Below, one piece after another: positions 22,060-35,458 of a stretch of 64,000 bases of DNA. Source of the DNA: Lytechinus pictus (lineage: Eukaryota); assembly GCF_037042905.1 (NCBI RefSeq), contig NC_087251.1, forward strand, positions 17,858,001 through 17,922,000. Reading direction: 5' to 3'. Positions within the stretch are counted from its first letter, which is position 1. The number at the start of each line of letters is the position of its first letter. Made by a program: the position numbers and the translations under genes. Below the pieces are notes generated by a model. The model searched no databases, was not told where the DNA came from, and worked only from the letters and a program-made list of their open reading frames with translations.

Positions 22060-25000
22060 GTGTGAGTCAGGGTCTGGTGGTCATTATTCTCAGAAATAAT
22101 GACCTGAATGACATGAATGACCCTGAATGACATGAATGACGTAGAAGTATTTTGGGGAAAAGTTGATGGACTCTTCCATCTTTGCTACCCTAAAGGGATA
22201 AGCAGTTATTGTTTACTGTTTTTTTTTATTTATTAAAAGAGATGACTAAGGGTCAACAAGTATTACTAGTTATAAATAAACACACCCCTTCTCAAAAATA
22301 ATGGTACTGTCGAAAATACCTTTATATAGAAGTTCTGGAGGCATCTTCTTCACAACTTTCGAGATGGAGAGGAAACATCCTCCATAAAGTTACTATCATG
22401 TAACTTCTCTTTTTCCTGATTCTCAGGTAAGATCCTAAAGTCATCTTATATTTCAGTACTGTATTTTATATCAAATTGATTGCTTGTTATACAAAGTTTT
22501 TAAGATTATTGGATAATTGATCTTATAAATTTAATATTCGATTTAAAGTTATTTGTCCACAATTGTCTTTTACACATTTGGCGTATTATCAATCTTCGAT
22601 TGAATAATATTTTAAAGTTGAGTTTTATATATCTGATGATAGATATTATTCTATAATCTACATCTTATTGAATGTTTGAATTTCTTATAATTGTTACTAA
22701 CCATTTCCGATTATTGTTCATGGTAAAGCACTTGTTATTTATGATTGTCTAGCAGCGCGAGCATGGTGCGAGTTTTATAGTTGAGCCTTTTGAACTTTGC
22801 GAATTACAAATTTTAAGCAAGTCTCGAATAAAAAAAAAACTGAACGGTATTATTCTGGTCAAGCGGATAGGCCGAGTTCCCTATCTTGCCGCGTTAATAC
22901 CGTGCGGACTCTTATGTACCTGATTAAAGACTTTCCTGAATATCATTGTGCTAAACCATTCTATTTCATTATTGATTTGATATGTTATTGTAAAATGAAT
23001 TACTAATCCTATATAGTTGCTATAAAAGTATTTGAGATGAAGTTTGATATTTAATAGAAGAAATAATTAATCGTATTTTGATTACTCTGATACACAACTG
23101 TTGAGATGGAGAGAGAGCATCTTCCTCCAGACATCACTTTTCAATAATTTCTGTATTTTCCTGATTCTCAGGTCACTGGTCTTCTGACCATAAATGGCAT
23201 CCACATTTTATTTCTTCCTGCACTGAGACCCTCAATGTTATGTTAGTTTCAATGTCATTATGTTAGTCTTGATAACAGTAGTTGTTCAACAACTATTTGA
23301 AAGTTATGTCCAGTTAAGTAAATTATAAGTATCATTTGAACTATATGTTCATACCCGTTCGGATAATTATGTAACCAAGAGTTACAACCATCTTTTTATA
23401 ACTGTAAATATCATGTATATAATGTTTATTTGTTAGTGTAGAATTAAAGGAACATATATCCTTTATATAATGCGTATGTTAGTTTATCTTATCGAGTTTT
23501 ATTGTTTACATTAATTAATAACATAGTGTGAATGTTGTTGATTGATGGTGTTTGATTCTGTGATGTGTGATTATTACAAAGTAAAATAATTACAACAACA
23601 TAGTGTTTTATTTAATTTCTACCTCTGTAGACGGACAGGGTGGGGATTCTTTGTATAAAAATCCTTCCGCTGCGCTGTTGTTTATTGTCAAGTAAAAGAT
23701 CCTCCCCCACCCAAAACGGTCCCGTGCTACACATTTCTGCTTCATGATTATAAAATTTACAAAAAAATAATGAATTGAACTTCATGCCACATCATCTCAC
23801 CTAAAACCTGCAGAAAACTTTGTGAACATATAAATAAATGAATTGTTGCATTGTCTATAAACCTGATAAACTTGCCTCCCTGTATCATGGGTGGGATAGA
23901 AGCTGGAGTGGAAATACAAAAGGGACAATAAACTACTGATGATGTTACTGAAAATAGTGTATGTCAAATATAAATAAAAGGTCAAATATTAATAATATGC
24001 CATATGGTAAAAACAAGGGAGAATCTTTTAACACAAAGACAAGGACTCAGGAAGGGCTAAGGGGCATTATTTTTCGTCCATAGGATTACTCATTGTTATA
24101 TGAAAAAGATTACTGTAAAGAATCTGAGAGAAATTAGTTCAACCAGTCATTAAGACACATAACCCAACTATTTTGCTTTGTCATTCTGATACCATAGTAA
24201 AGGCATCTGTGCAGATAATATCCAAGAAAATCATCACAGGAGGGTTTATAAAAGACTTCTGTTTCCCTACCCCCCAAAAAATTAAATAAATGGGAAAAAA
24301 ACACCAGCACACATGTTATCAGTGATGAGCAATTATCTTAAAGTTTGAATAAATGCCTTCAACACAGTCATAGGTTTGTTAGTTGTCACCATACATGATG
24401 TAACACTTCATTTGTTTCAGTGTTATATTTGATTCACATAGAGAAAAACATCAGCCTGCATTGACCAAAACTGAAATAAAATTGTGGAAGTCAGAAATTG
24501 GTAAATGTCTACATGGGGGGTTACCTACTTGACTTTGCGTCCTACCACAGGAATGAAGCCAGTTCTACAAATGGCATGAAAACTATAAAAACCTATGTGG
24601 ATTTTGAATTTGATACCTGTGAACATATCTGCTGTCCTATATCCTAATCAAAGTAAACATTAAGGGATTTATTCATTAGAATAAAAATTCAGTCAAATGT
24701 TTTAAGCACAAAACTGATAGGCAAAGTAAGAGTTAGAGAAGGGGAGAGATAGAGAGAGGTAGAAAGAGAATGACTCATAGATAGGAATGGCCAAAAGGGA
24801 ATAGAATCCAGAGAATCTGAAATTCCATTGTATTTTGTTGCCGAATGGCACAGGAAACAGCGAGCCCAAAAGTATCTCAATCATGTCAAACTACTGTCTA
24901 TGTCTCCATCAAATTAGACGTTTCCCTCACAAACTGATGTATCATTCTGACTCGTCAATGACTGACAATGTTCAGATGCTCCCCCCAGGATGGACATTTG

Positions 25001-27699
25001 CCATGATCTTAATATATTTCTGAAAATTTGAGAAAATGTGGTAAAGAATTTTTATTCAGTCCTTGTCTCAATCACGCTTGCCAATAAATCCATGCTTTCG
25101 GCACCAATCAATTATTTTATCTTTGCTTCATGACAAAGCATTCTTTTGTCCTGTATATTTGAAGTCATGTGCCATTAATAAATCACATTGGTAACAGAAA
25201 TAATGCCAAAAGATAGGAGAAATAGAAAAGCATTCAAGCAGTGTCCAAACTTTGATTGCAAAAAAAGTGTCACATTACATAGAGGGAAATTCCTGTTGTA
25301 GGAAACTGAAGACAATCATTGCGAGTTTTCAAGTTATTATTGTGCATTTCGGAAGAAAAACATAGTACAAAGGCTCAATCCAAACGATGCACTCAGATGC
25401 CCTGAAAATGACTAAAAATTTAATGTTCAACTGAAAAGGTGCATTTTGAGAGGAGATCCTGCAGAAAATTGAATGCAACATGGATATCAATTATGACCAA
25501 TTGGCATTCTCCTGGTTCAGATATCCAAGAACAATCCAAATTGACCTATAATCCCTGGGTCAAACTGGGTGGCTTGAATAAGTGATACTTAACTTTAATT
25601 AAACAAAATTGCTTAAATAAAAAATTACATAAGATTTGAAATAAATCTAGATAAGTCCCGAATGACACCAACCAAACTCTGGATTTAATCTTATTCCATG
25701 TCATGTTTGTGATTCTAGCATAAGAAACTGGAAACAGATCCCCAAATAAACCAATATAATTTGATATCATGTGACAACCAATATAAGCAGCGCAGTTGTA
25801 GTACAACTTTCATTTTCAAAAGTACCAGCAAACACTGTGAACTCTTACACAATAAAAACCGTGCTAGGAAGTTTAAACTCTTGATGAGGCATAGAAACCA
25901 AAGAGAATGGATAGAATTATCACTGAAGCCTGTTTTATCAAACAATATTTATTTTGCTGGTAAGTTACAATGTCAACCCTGAATGATTTAGATTTACACA
26001 GTTTCAAAGGTTGCACATGTTCAATCCATAAGTCTCATAAGACCTCTCTTTTATAATGTATACAGCCTACAGTTTTAAATTCAGTTTATTAGGTGTTAAT
26101 GATTTTGTCTAATTATATTACCCTTTTTACTGTATTTTCTGATGACACCTCATTTTTCTACTTCTGAGAACTGGAAGGGCTCAGGTGATAACATATCAAG
26201 TTCTCATCCTACTTAATTCTATTGGTCTTGTTATGATGGGGCAGGTATGAATATGTTTATTATTTGAGGAAACAGATATGACACAGTATTACAATCAGTG
26301 ATGAAAATTGAAAGAAAGAAAGAAAAACAACAATGGATACAAAGAACATGAGACGATCGAGAATTGCTGGCAAGCCTTGTCTGCTACTATAGCTTGTCGT
26401 ATCATCTTACAAATAAACCATGTAATACTATCCCATAATTAATGCTTTGAATATAATGGGGTATCATTTTTCATTGTGAAATACATTGAACTGGTATTAC
26501 ATGTGCTACTGTTTCAGAGTGCTAAAGGATGGAGATTGAACAATGAAGTTGAGAGTGCATTTTTAATCCTGCATGCACACATGAATGCTTATCTTGACAT
26601 TTCAGCTTTTTTACATAATATCAACGACATCACAATTTCAAATAATGTAAGTCTTGAGTAATTATAAAATATAAACTTGAATAAAACTTAATAGCTACAT
26701 TAGACCTAAGCCACAATATCTTTTTTACATTTATTTTTCAGCCCATTCAATTAGAATGTGTCTATGCTATTTCCTAAGGTTCCTAATTTCAAAGGTAATA
26801 CACTATATATTTTGAAGATTAACAATCCCCATATGCATATTCTAAAGATTTTTCAGAAAAACATGAAGAATGCAGGACCCCAAATACTATAGAAAGCAAG
26901 CAATTTCAAAAGTATGAAATCATCCACTTCAGAGTCAAAGTCAGGTGTAGCAATAACACTTTGAAAATTCCTATGAAGGAAGGAATAACAGATAAGGATT
27001 TGGGACTGCTCTTCTATATATCTTTTAAACTCGACTGCAGAATTTATAGGATAACATCAAAATGATAAATAAATCTAATATAATGCAAGGGTAATTAAGC
27101 TTTTGAATAGTAATGAACCACTCGAAACAACACCCACTTTGGTTGATGAGGGCCTATCCAGCCCATTTGTGGAGAGTATGAATTCATCAATAAATATATT
27201 TTTTAATAGCTCTGGAGAAGGGTTAGAGTATAACAGATACATGATTTACAACTATTTACAAAAATAATAAAATGGCAACAATCATACTATTATTTACAAT
27301 GGTTTTGTGTCGTCCCTCCATAGAATGGTAAGTAATTGTGTTCCCTCTACAATATCTCATTTACATGGAGTACCTGAGAAGTGAGTATTGTTGTGTTTAA
27401 ACAGTGCTTTCCAAAGGACCAACCCCTGAAGTGACTCCCAGGTAATATTTCAAATCTGCATCTGTGTTTTGTATGTTCAGGCACCAGTTTGGCTAACTTT
27501 GTCTTTGGATGTGGAGGGGAAAAACTTCTCACCGCTTCTTAATTTGATTTGGACATTTTGTATGTGTGTAATCAAGGAGGCGTTATTCAATACACCGAAC
27601 ATTATACATCTGGGAAGAGGGAAGTCTCCACCGCATAAAAAAACCCAATACACATATCAAGTGATCCATCTCCTTTGTCCCGTGTCCTTGTTTTTGCCT

Positions 27700-27960
27700 C
27701 GTTTCTAATTCACGGGGAGCTGGGAGGCGAAAAGTGATCGGTTCCAAACTACCCCATCCCTCTAGGCCCAACATTGGATCGCCCAGGCCTTGGGATAGTG
27801 GAGATTATAGGGTAAGCTCAACTTAATGAGAGTAGAAAAACAAGCGGGTAAAATTCAATGCAACATTACCCGCTCATGTAAGGGATCCAGGAGGATCTTA
27901 TACCAGACGATGGGTTATAATACCTATTTCAACATCCTTACTGGCTTTAGGTGCTTTCAC
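27700..27960 (-). mobile_element. Probable SINE-related fragment
   Basis: Shares 'ctgggaggcgaaaag' with the tail region of the 7702-8470 SINE; no tRNA head found. Confidence 0.35.
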
Positions 27961-30489
27961 ACCCATCCCATCAGAAATATTACCTTCTATCTTTTCATTG
28001 TAATTGCTACCCCAATCAGAAATACCAGGTGTTTTAACAGTATACAAGCAAACATTGCCAAAATCAGATACCTCCAAATTAGAAGGAAAATCAAATTATG
28101 ATGTGCAGGGATTTCTCAAAGGTTGCAGGTATACATGGTATATTTGCTGTGTACGATAAAGTACAGAAACTTTTGATGAAAGGTGCAGAGAATGCACATC
28201 CTTTTCATAGAAACATTAGAGTCTTATTGCAGACGTTGTTGTATAACCATATTTTGAGATTTTAACAAGTTCTTGTACTTTGTGGGTAATTTGTGAGTAA
28301 TTTGTGAGTAAGAGGGTGTGAAAGTATCTGTTTTATGTAGTATGATTAAAGGTCTTATAACAGATGGGTTGTCTTTGGGGATTGGTCAAGTTACATACAA
28401 CTTTTCATACTTAAATGGATGGATTCTAGCAGGCAATGAGGAAAACAATAAACATGCCAGGTGATTGAACCCTTCAAAATGAATCACATGATGTAGTACA
28501 AAAAGAAAATCAATAAAGCAATCAGACTTCAAATGGTACAAAATATTTGTTGTTTATAATGGCTTTTGATTTCTAACACCAAGACCAACGGTGCTCTTCT
28601 TGTACATGCAATATAATACATTATAGAGAATAATAGACTGCAATCTTGGGGGAGGGGGCAATCTGCACTCCCCCTTGATTTCAAAAGGTTCTTATCTGTT
28701 AATATTTTCAAAGCATTTTTTATAAATTGTGTATAAAATTAACACCACTGGTTCAATAGATGAATGCAATGCATAAGGGGCAAATCCACCTTTTCTGCTT
28801 TTCGAGAAAGACATTTATCAAAGATGCGTACCTGTCGATCACTGCCGTGAAATACACAAAAAGTTATGCACCGTAATGTACACTTGATTGATTTTGATGC
28901 ATGCAGAATGAATTCACATGGTTCTATCCACCCCCCACCCAACCCGTTACATGAAATCGCTGCTACTGAATTGAATGATTTTTAAATATCCCCGACTAAC
29001 AATTAACTAATATTGTAATCATTGATAGATATTATATTTTGAAATTTGAAAAATAGCCATCTTATTGTGATTTTTCATACAGTCAGTACACCCCACCCCC
29101 TAGAAATGTTCTTGACAAGAGCAAATTCACCTCTACTGCTTCTTACAAGAACTAGACGAGCATATGCAATTAATCACAAGACTAATGATTAAGTTTTATG
29201 GATAATTTTTCAACCCAAAAATTGACTCCCAAATGACTACAAGTTTCTTGTGACCCACAGATACCCCTAACAAATCTTGTTTGATAACAAACCTGGCATA
29301 AATGTGTTCTTCTGATTCCTTCTCCATATCCTGGTTTCTGCAGAAAAAAATGAATAAAAAAGGGTGGAATGAAGAACCAAACAAAACATGAGAATGGAGG
29401 AAGAACAGTACAATAAAAATGTTGTTTTGAAATATATATTGTTTTAAATATATTTCTTATGAAATGTCATCAACCTTTTCCTGACCTCATAAATCACAAA
29501 TCATTATTTGAGGAAGCAGCATCATATTTCACTCGGGAAGTCAATTTACTTGTATTTCATCAGGTAGTATCATAACACTTCCTCACAAGGTTCCATGGAA
29601 TTTTGACATTTGATAAAACAAATTATGGCATAATCATATGTTATATTTTGGAGCAGTGATACTTGTAGTTCTATTTAAACATTAATTGAAACATTTTATC
29701 ATGAAAATAATACTCTAACAAAAATAAGCAAGTAACAAAAGTGTCTGTCATTCTACATAAATGTCGTAATATATATATATCTCATAGCAGCATCAGGAAG
29801 AAGAATTCAATTTGAATAAATGTAAACATAAATATATGTCACTTACTTCCTATTGCCAAAGTATTGTATCCATCAAAATATGTTTAACTGTGATATTGTA
29901 TGACATTTCATGAAATAACTTTTGCCGATAAAATTATAAAATAAATGTATAATTCAGAGTTAGAGAACTAAAGATTCTTCAATAGAGTTATACATACACA
30001 CCATCAAATAATATGTTTCATAAGCTTGTCGAAATAAAAATCAAAGATATATCAACTCACATATCCACACCCACTCATCACCTTCCCCCACTTTAAAATA
30101 CCAAGGGATTTTCCCCCTTTCACTCATAGACCAAAGTGACAGCTTTGACATGTATTCAAGAGACATTGAAAAGCCAACCGCAGATGGCTACACCTTCAAA
30201 AGTGCACCTAACAGGTATTAGCACTTTTGTTTTAAGATTTTTGCCTCCAAGATACTACAGTTATGTCAATCATAAACCAAGATTCACATGGGAATGCACT
30301 TTTAATGCTCACAATTGCTACCTTTCATCAGGTATGTAATAGCAGATGCATAATTTTCAGAAACCAAATTGAACACAGACTTTCAAACCTAACATCATGA
30401 AACAATATTGCACGATGTTGTTATCAAGAAGAAATTGCAATGACATGACTAAAGCTATCTGATCATAAATCAATTAAAATGCCATGTAT

Positions 30490-30650
30490 ATGGAGCTAAG
30501 TGGTAAAATGCCTGCCAGATGAACAAAAGGTCATGGGTTCAATACCCAGCCGACTATTTCTATGAAATGGGACTATTCAGACTTCTTGCTAGGCATTCCA
30601 TGTATGATAATGATCAGCTAAGCTGTAGAGACTACCATGGGTAAGTAAAA
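30490..30650 (+). mobile_element. Degenerate tRNA-derived SINE head
   Basis: A-box-like 'gagctaagtggt' and B-box-like 'ggttcaatacc' at tRNA-like spacing; no intact cloverleaf. Confidence 0.5.
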
Positions 30651-31390
30651 ATAATCATTATTCATTTAATAATACTCAAAAGTATAATGCATATACATAA
30701 AACTTAATAATATAGTTACCAATTATCAAAGTACTTTTGAAAAACAATTCATCCACTGATAATGTGTATTTCTATATAAACAGCATTTTGAGGTGTTGAA
30801 TCCCAAAGTTTCACTCTCAAATTCAACAGATGCTTATATCATATGTGCCTTCTGGTAAAGAAGATATTACAGCAACATAAAGAAAAGAGTGTCTACAAAA
30901 AAAATAATCTGTGGCTGGAAACATCAGTAGCTGTTTTAATGGAATTGGCGACAGTGACAAGAGGGTGTCTTGATCCGACCTCATCCTACCCCCATATCCA
31001 CATCAAATCTACTGCCATCTGACAAATCTCTCGATTGGATGCTGAGAGATGATGGGCTTCTTAACTCTATCAAACTCACTTTAAATCCTGTCAGACGACA
31101 AACTTGGATAATCGAGGAGGAAGGAATTTACAGAGTGACACCAAAATCCTTTTATATGTGGCCCTGTATGCATGTCTTAAATTGTCTTTGTGTTTTCTTC
31201 ACTTACTACTGGCAAGCCTTTCATCGCATTTTGACTCCTGTTGATATCTCAATATCAGGAGAATGCAGTTCATTGACTTTTCTACTTTAAAAGGGTGTTA
31301 GATCTCTAGAGTTCAACAGTCATCAGTTACCCTGGACTAAAATCTAGTGATATTGCAACAATTATTTCTACTTTATTTTCAGTTAGGCAG

Positions 31391-31520
31391 CTGGGGCTGC
31401 TTCACAAAGAGTTACAACAGATGTAACTTTACCATTAAGGCAAATGCCATGCTAACATGGCTCAACAGCCAATCAAAATCAAGGATTCCATGATACTAGT
31501 TTACCATAATGGCAACTAGA
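31391..31520. mobile_element. Degenerate small MITE (same family as 12121-12233)
   Basis: Both copies contain 'aacagccaatcaaaatcaag.attccatg'. Confidence 0.55.
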
Positions 31521-32540
31521 TACAATAGTTGTAATTCTGGATCATAAATATCATTTATTTGTGAAATCATTTCAGGAAATGCATTCGATTTTTAATCTTG
31601 GAGAAATATTACAAAAAGCAAATACTTGGCAACCATCACCACTCTGTAAGAAAAAAAATATGATGGACGCATGAAAGACTGTCATGACTGTGTGGGTCCA
31701 AGAATGAGAACGAAGTCAGGATTATGATTAAGAATAATTATGGAGTAGTTCTGAGGGTCTTGGCTCTAACATAATTAAGCTAATCCGTATCTTCACATCC
31801 AGCAGAGCAAAGAAAATATCGTCTTAAAAATGGGCAGCATTCCTTGGGGAGATATATTTGCAGAACAAGCCTGTTTGGGCGAGACAAATATCGGCCTTTT
31901 TTCACACCCAGCCAGTCCATGGTCGAGCCCATTGCTGAGCCCAGTCGATCGCTGACGATGGACGCGTGAAGGAACAGCAAAACAAAGACGTCACATTTTC
32001 TCGGGTGTGACATGACTTTTGTTTATGTTTTCCAATCAGCTCTGTTTTTCTCTCACACAGCTAGAAATAAATACGACGAGGTCGGCATAGCTGGGATGTC
32101 TGACCCACTTCGTGTTCTATCGAATTAGCGCCTCAGACTTCCTCCGACGATGACCCCAGTGACCTCCGTCTGCCAGGGTCGACGGGAGAAAGAAAGCATT
32201 CACCCCAAATTGTATTGCTCTCTCCAAATAGCGACACCTAACTCACTCTCGACAAATCCCAAGGAATTTCCGAGAAATATGGAAAGATGGATATCAAAAT
32301 AACCTCAACAAAATATATTAAATTGAAATTATAGGCCCAGCAAATGTGAATTTCAAATAATTTGAAAAAGAAAAGACTTGCATATAATAAGCATCGCAAA
32401 ATAATTTATAACGAATTAACTATATCAATATAAATGCATAGCTCCTACTGTCGCTGTCTAAACCAATATTTTGAAACTTATATTTGCTTTTTCCATCTCT
32501 TTTGCCACCATTCTTCAGAATTTTTTTTGTACTCCAGCAG

Positions 32541-32674
32541 GGACCCGTTGCATAAAACTTTCGCCATAACAAAACTCTGGCAAACAAAATTATGCCATTG
32601 GAAATTACCAATGAAAAAACTCTGGCAAAAAAAATCCAGAGTTTTTTATGGCAAAAGTTTTACGCAACGGGTCC
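32541..32674. mobile_element. 134-bp Harbinger-type MITE (CAG TSD)
   Basis: TIR GGACCCGTTGCATAAAACTTT / AAAGTTTTACGCAACGGGTCC; CAG at 32538-32540 and 32675-32677. Confidence 0.9.
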
Positions 32675-33829
32675 CAGGTGTACCAAGGCCCACGGACTAT
32701 GACTTTGATCATGGACCTAGGTCCATGCTTTGATGACAGCATCATTGTGTGGCAAAGACAGAATCAATTGTATTGTGAGTTTTTAGTTCCTTTGCGGTTA
32801 CTGAAATGTTGAAATCAAAAGCAAAAAAGTGAACAAGAACTTTACTTATTATAATGTTTTATACAATTCACTATTAAAAAAAATCTTCAATCCACTTCTC
32901 TAAATCGGAAGAATTACTCATTTCCCCGCCCCCAAAAGATCCCCATCTCTTTTCTAATCCACACAAGTATAGAGGAGAAGAGCTTAAATGTGAAATTCGA
33001 ACGCCACGGATAAAGATGAAACGCTACAAGCCAGAGGCCAGTTTATGTCAAGTACGGCTATGGTTTTGCCGACATCTCCACGGCTGTAAACAATCCACTG
33101 TCATGAAAATGATGATCGCTCCGCTCTCTATATACCTATGTTGAAATATGAAATCGCTATAGTGATAAAAGATGAGCGGCAAAAATAAAGACCGCTCTTA
33201 GTAGCCATTCCCGAAAATGCGCATTTCTTGAAAAAGGAAAAGGAATATTGTGCAATAACGCAGATAATAGGCCTACTAACGCAATGTGACTTTATAATTT
33301 TTTAAATATCAGTTTTCAGAGATTACTAGTCTATGGAAGTGATTCATTTGAGAATGAAATTGGTATAGGGACAAAAAAAAAGTCTGAGAAGCAACATGGG
33401 ATGCAATCGGGCAACAATTTAGTCGGATTTAAGGAGGTGAAACATTACCGATCGAGCATGCAAAGTAAAATAATTCTTTAAGAATATAATGTATATCTCA
33501 AAATACTAAGTAGGTCTACTTCAGTACTTCATATCTATTTAATTATCAAAGGGTGTTGTTAACAGCGACCACTGTTTTTGGAAAAATATCGAATCGAGAT
33601 CAATGGTTTGAAAACAGAACAGTGAAATGCATCGGCACGTACATCGCCATGGAGTTCTGGCGTATCACTGGCCAATATTCAAATCGATTCTGTCCCAATT
33701 TTGATGTGACAGAAATTTCACAAAACCATTTTGAAAGTTTCTGATGAGATGGAGAGTTTACACCCCTTCTGTGCCTCAAAGGAAAAGCTAGATTCAAGTT
33801 CAACAATACGTTTGTTTCAAATTTATATA

Positions 33830-34296
33830 GGGAAATATTATGAGAATAACACTGACAAATTCATCAAATTCGGAGGTAATACAAAAAGCTGAGACGTGTT
33901 TCCCTCAAAGTTTTACAAAACAATGCTAAGCATAATCCGGACGAAATTTCATTTTTGTCATATTAAATTTCGATTTTGCCCCAACATCGTAAGGCAGACT
34001 GCTAATTCAATTAGTAAAATTAACATCGTGACTTCATGTGATATAATGGAGAGATTTTAATGACGAAATTGAAATCTACCCCAAAATCAATATGTTTACG
34101 TTCATTTTCTTAACATAAAACGAATAGTGTGTGTGTAATCATCGTATATTGTATCTCATTTTCACACGACATTCATAAGTATGTCATTATTTTATAAATA
34201 AGTGAAGAACTAAATCATGCCTTATCCAATTTTGGATAAATTGTCACGATAATGCTATTTTATTCAACCAACTCGATATGGGGTTGTACTTGGCCT
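33830..34296. mobile_element. Old degenerate Kolobok-type MITE
   Basis: 'aaattcatcaaattcgga' left motif; right end 'ggggttgtacttggcct-ttaa'. Confidence 0.55.
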
Positions 34297-35458
34297 TTAA
34301 AGAAAAACATTTCTTCACAGTTCGTATTGAAAAATAGGGAGGGTAAACTTCACATGCGTGAAGGAGAAAAGGCGCCAAAATATCGAGTTGTTTTATCGAC
34401 GTTATACCCCCACGCTGTCAACTATGTATCCCGTGGTGAACACATTTTCTAACCAGTTTCTCACATATTCTTTTTGATCTAGATGGAAAGGTATTCCCAG
34501 AAAGCAATCAGCAGGGTAGAAACGTGTAACTCAATCACGTTGCCAAGACATCCGAGTAGTCGTCGGGAATCGGGGCCAAACATGAACGATGGAAATAAAA
34601 GTCAAGACGGAGGACGGGCGGGGTGCAGAGAGGGAGAAGAAAATAAGGTGTCTCTCCCAATATGCCAGTCTAAATTACTAAAACAGACACAGGAACGTCG
34701 TCATTGAAAATTTTCAAACAAAAATATTAATGCACCTTGAGCTATCTATCGACATAAACAATCTACATGAAATCATGAGCACAAGGCGATGACCCCCCCC
34801 CCCCCCCCCCCCCGTTCGCCCTATACCCTCCTTGCCGCTCTTATCAGGAGCAGACCACGCCCATCAAAATAGGAAGGATGTTAGTGAGGTAGCAATGACA
34901 GTGGAGAGACAGAAAGTAGGAGCAGAAATTGATTTGATAAAATTTTGTTTGCCGACTGCTGGCGTAGCCGCCAGCGTGGGTATAGCGTGTTGCTTTCTCT
35001 CTTATCCATTCTTATCTTTTTGCTTGATTGTACAGGCAGGCGGGAAACTGATCGCCTGTTTTTGAAATTTAAATTTGTTACCTTATCCGACGAAAAGGAG
35101 CGCGGTGTAAGGGTGTGAAAATTGGTACCTAATCTGGGTATCTCGTGTCGGATATTTAACGCCGTGTAAACAAAACCGAGCCTGTTAGAAAAGCTAACCC
35201 AAAATCTGTTTTCGCGAGGAAGCTGGGAGGTATAGTCATTTCATTGCAGACTCTTTCCCATGCAGGCTGAATATTGCATATTTCATTTACGAATTCTGAA
35301 AGAGATATTGCATTTTAGTTATAAAGGAGCCGCCGCATCTCACAAGGACCAAAATTATGTAGCACGCATCGGTTCATGTACTTCGAACGACGAAGATTCC
35401 ATCATTTACAAAAGAAGGCCAACATTAAATTGAAAAGTGCGCCTATTTCGAAAACCTA

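Noticed and set aside
23613..23632. TAATTTCTACCTCTGTAGAC resembles a Cas12a direct repeat
   Set aside because: Single copy, no spacers, no nuclease ORF; a chance match in AT-rich DNA.
30970..31290. 106-aa plus-strand ORF near the CpG boundary
   Set aside because: TTG start, no recognisable motif, no convincing flanking splice sites.
35039..35066. E2F-like GGCGGGAAA followed by CHR-like TTTGAA
   Set aside because: Spacing is ~13 nt rather than the canonical 4 nt of CDE/CHR, and TTTGAA is common in AT-rich DNA.
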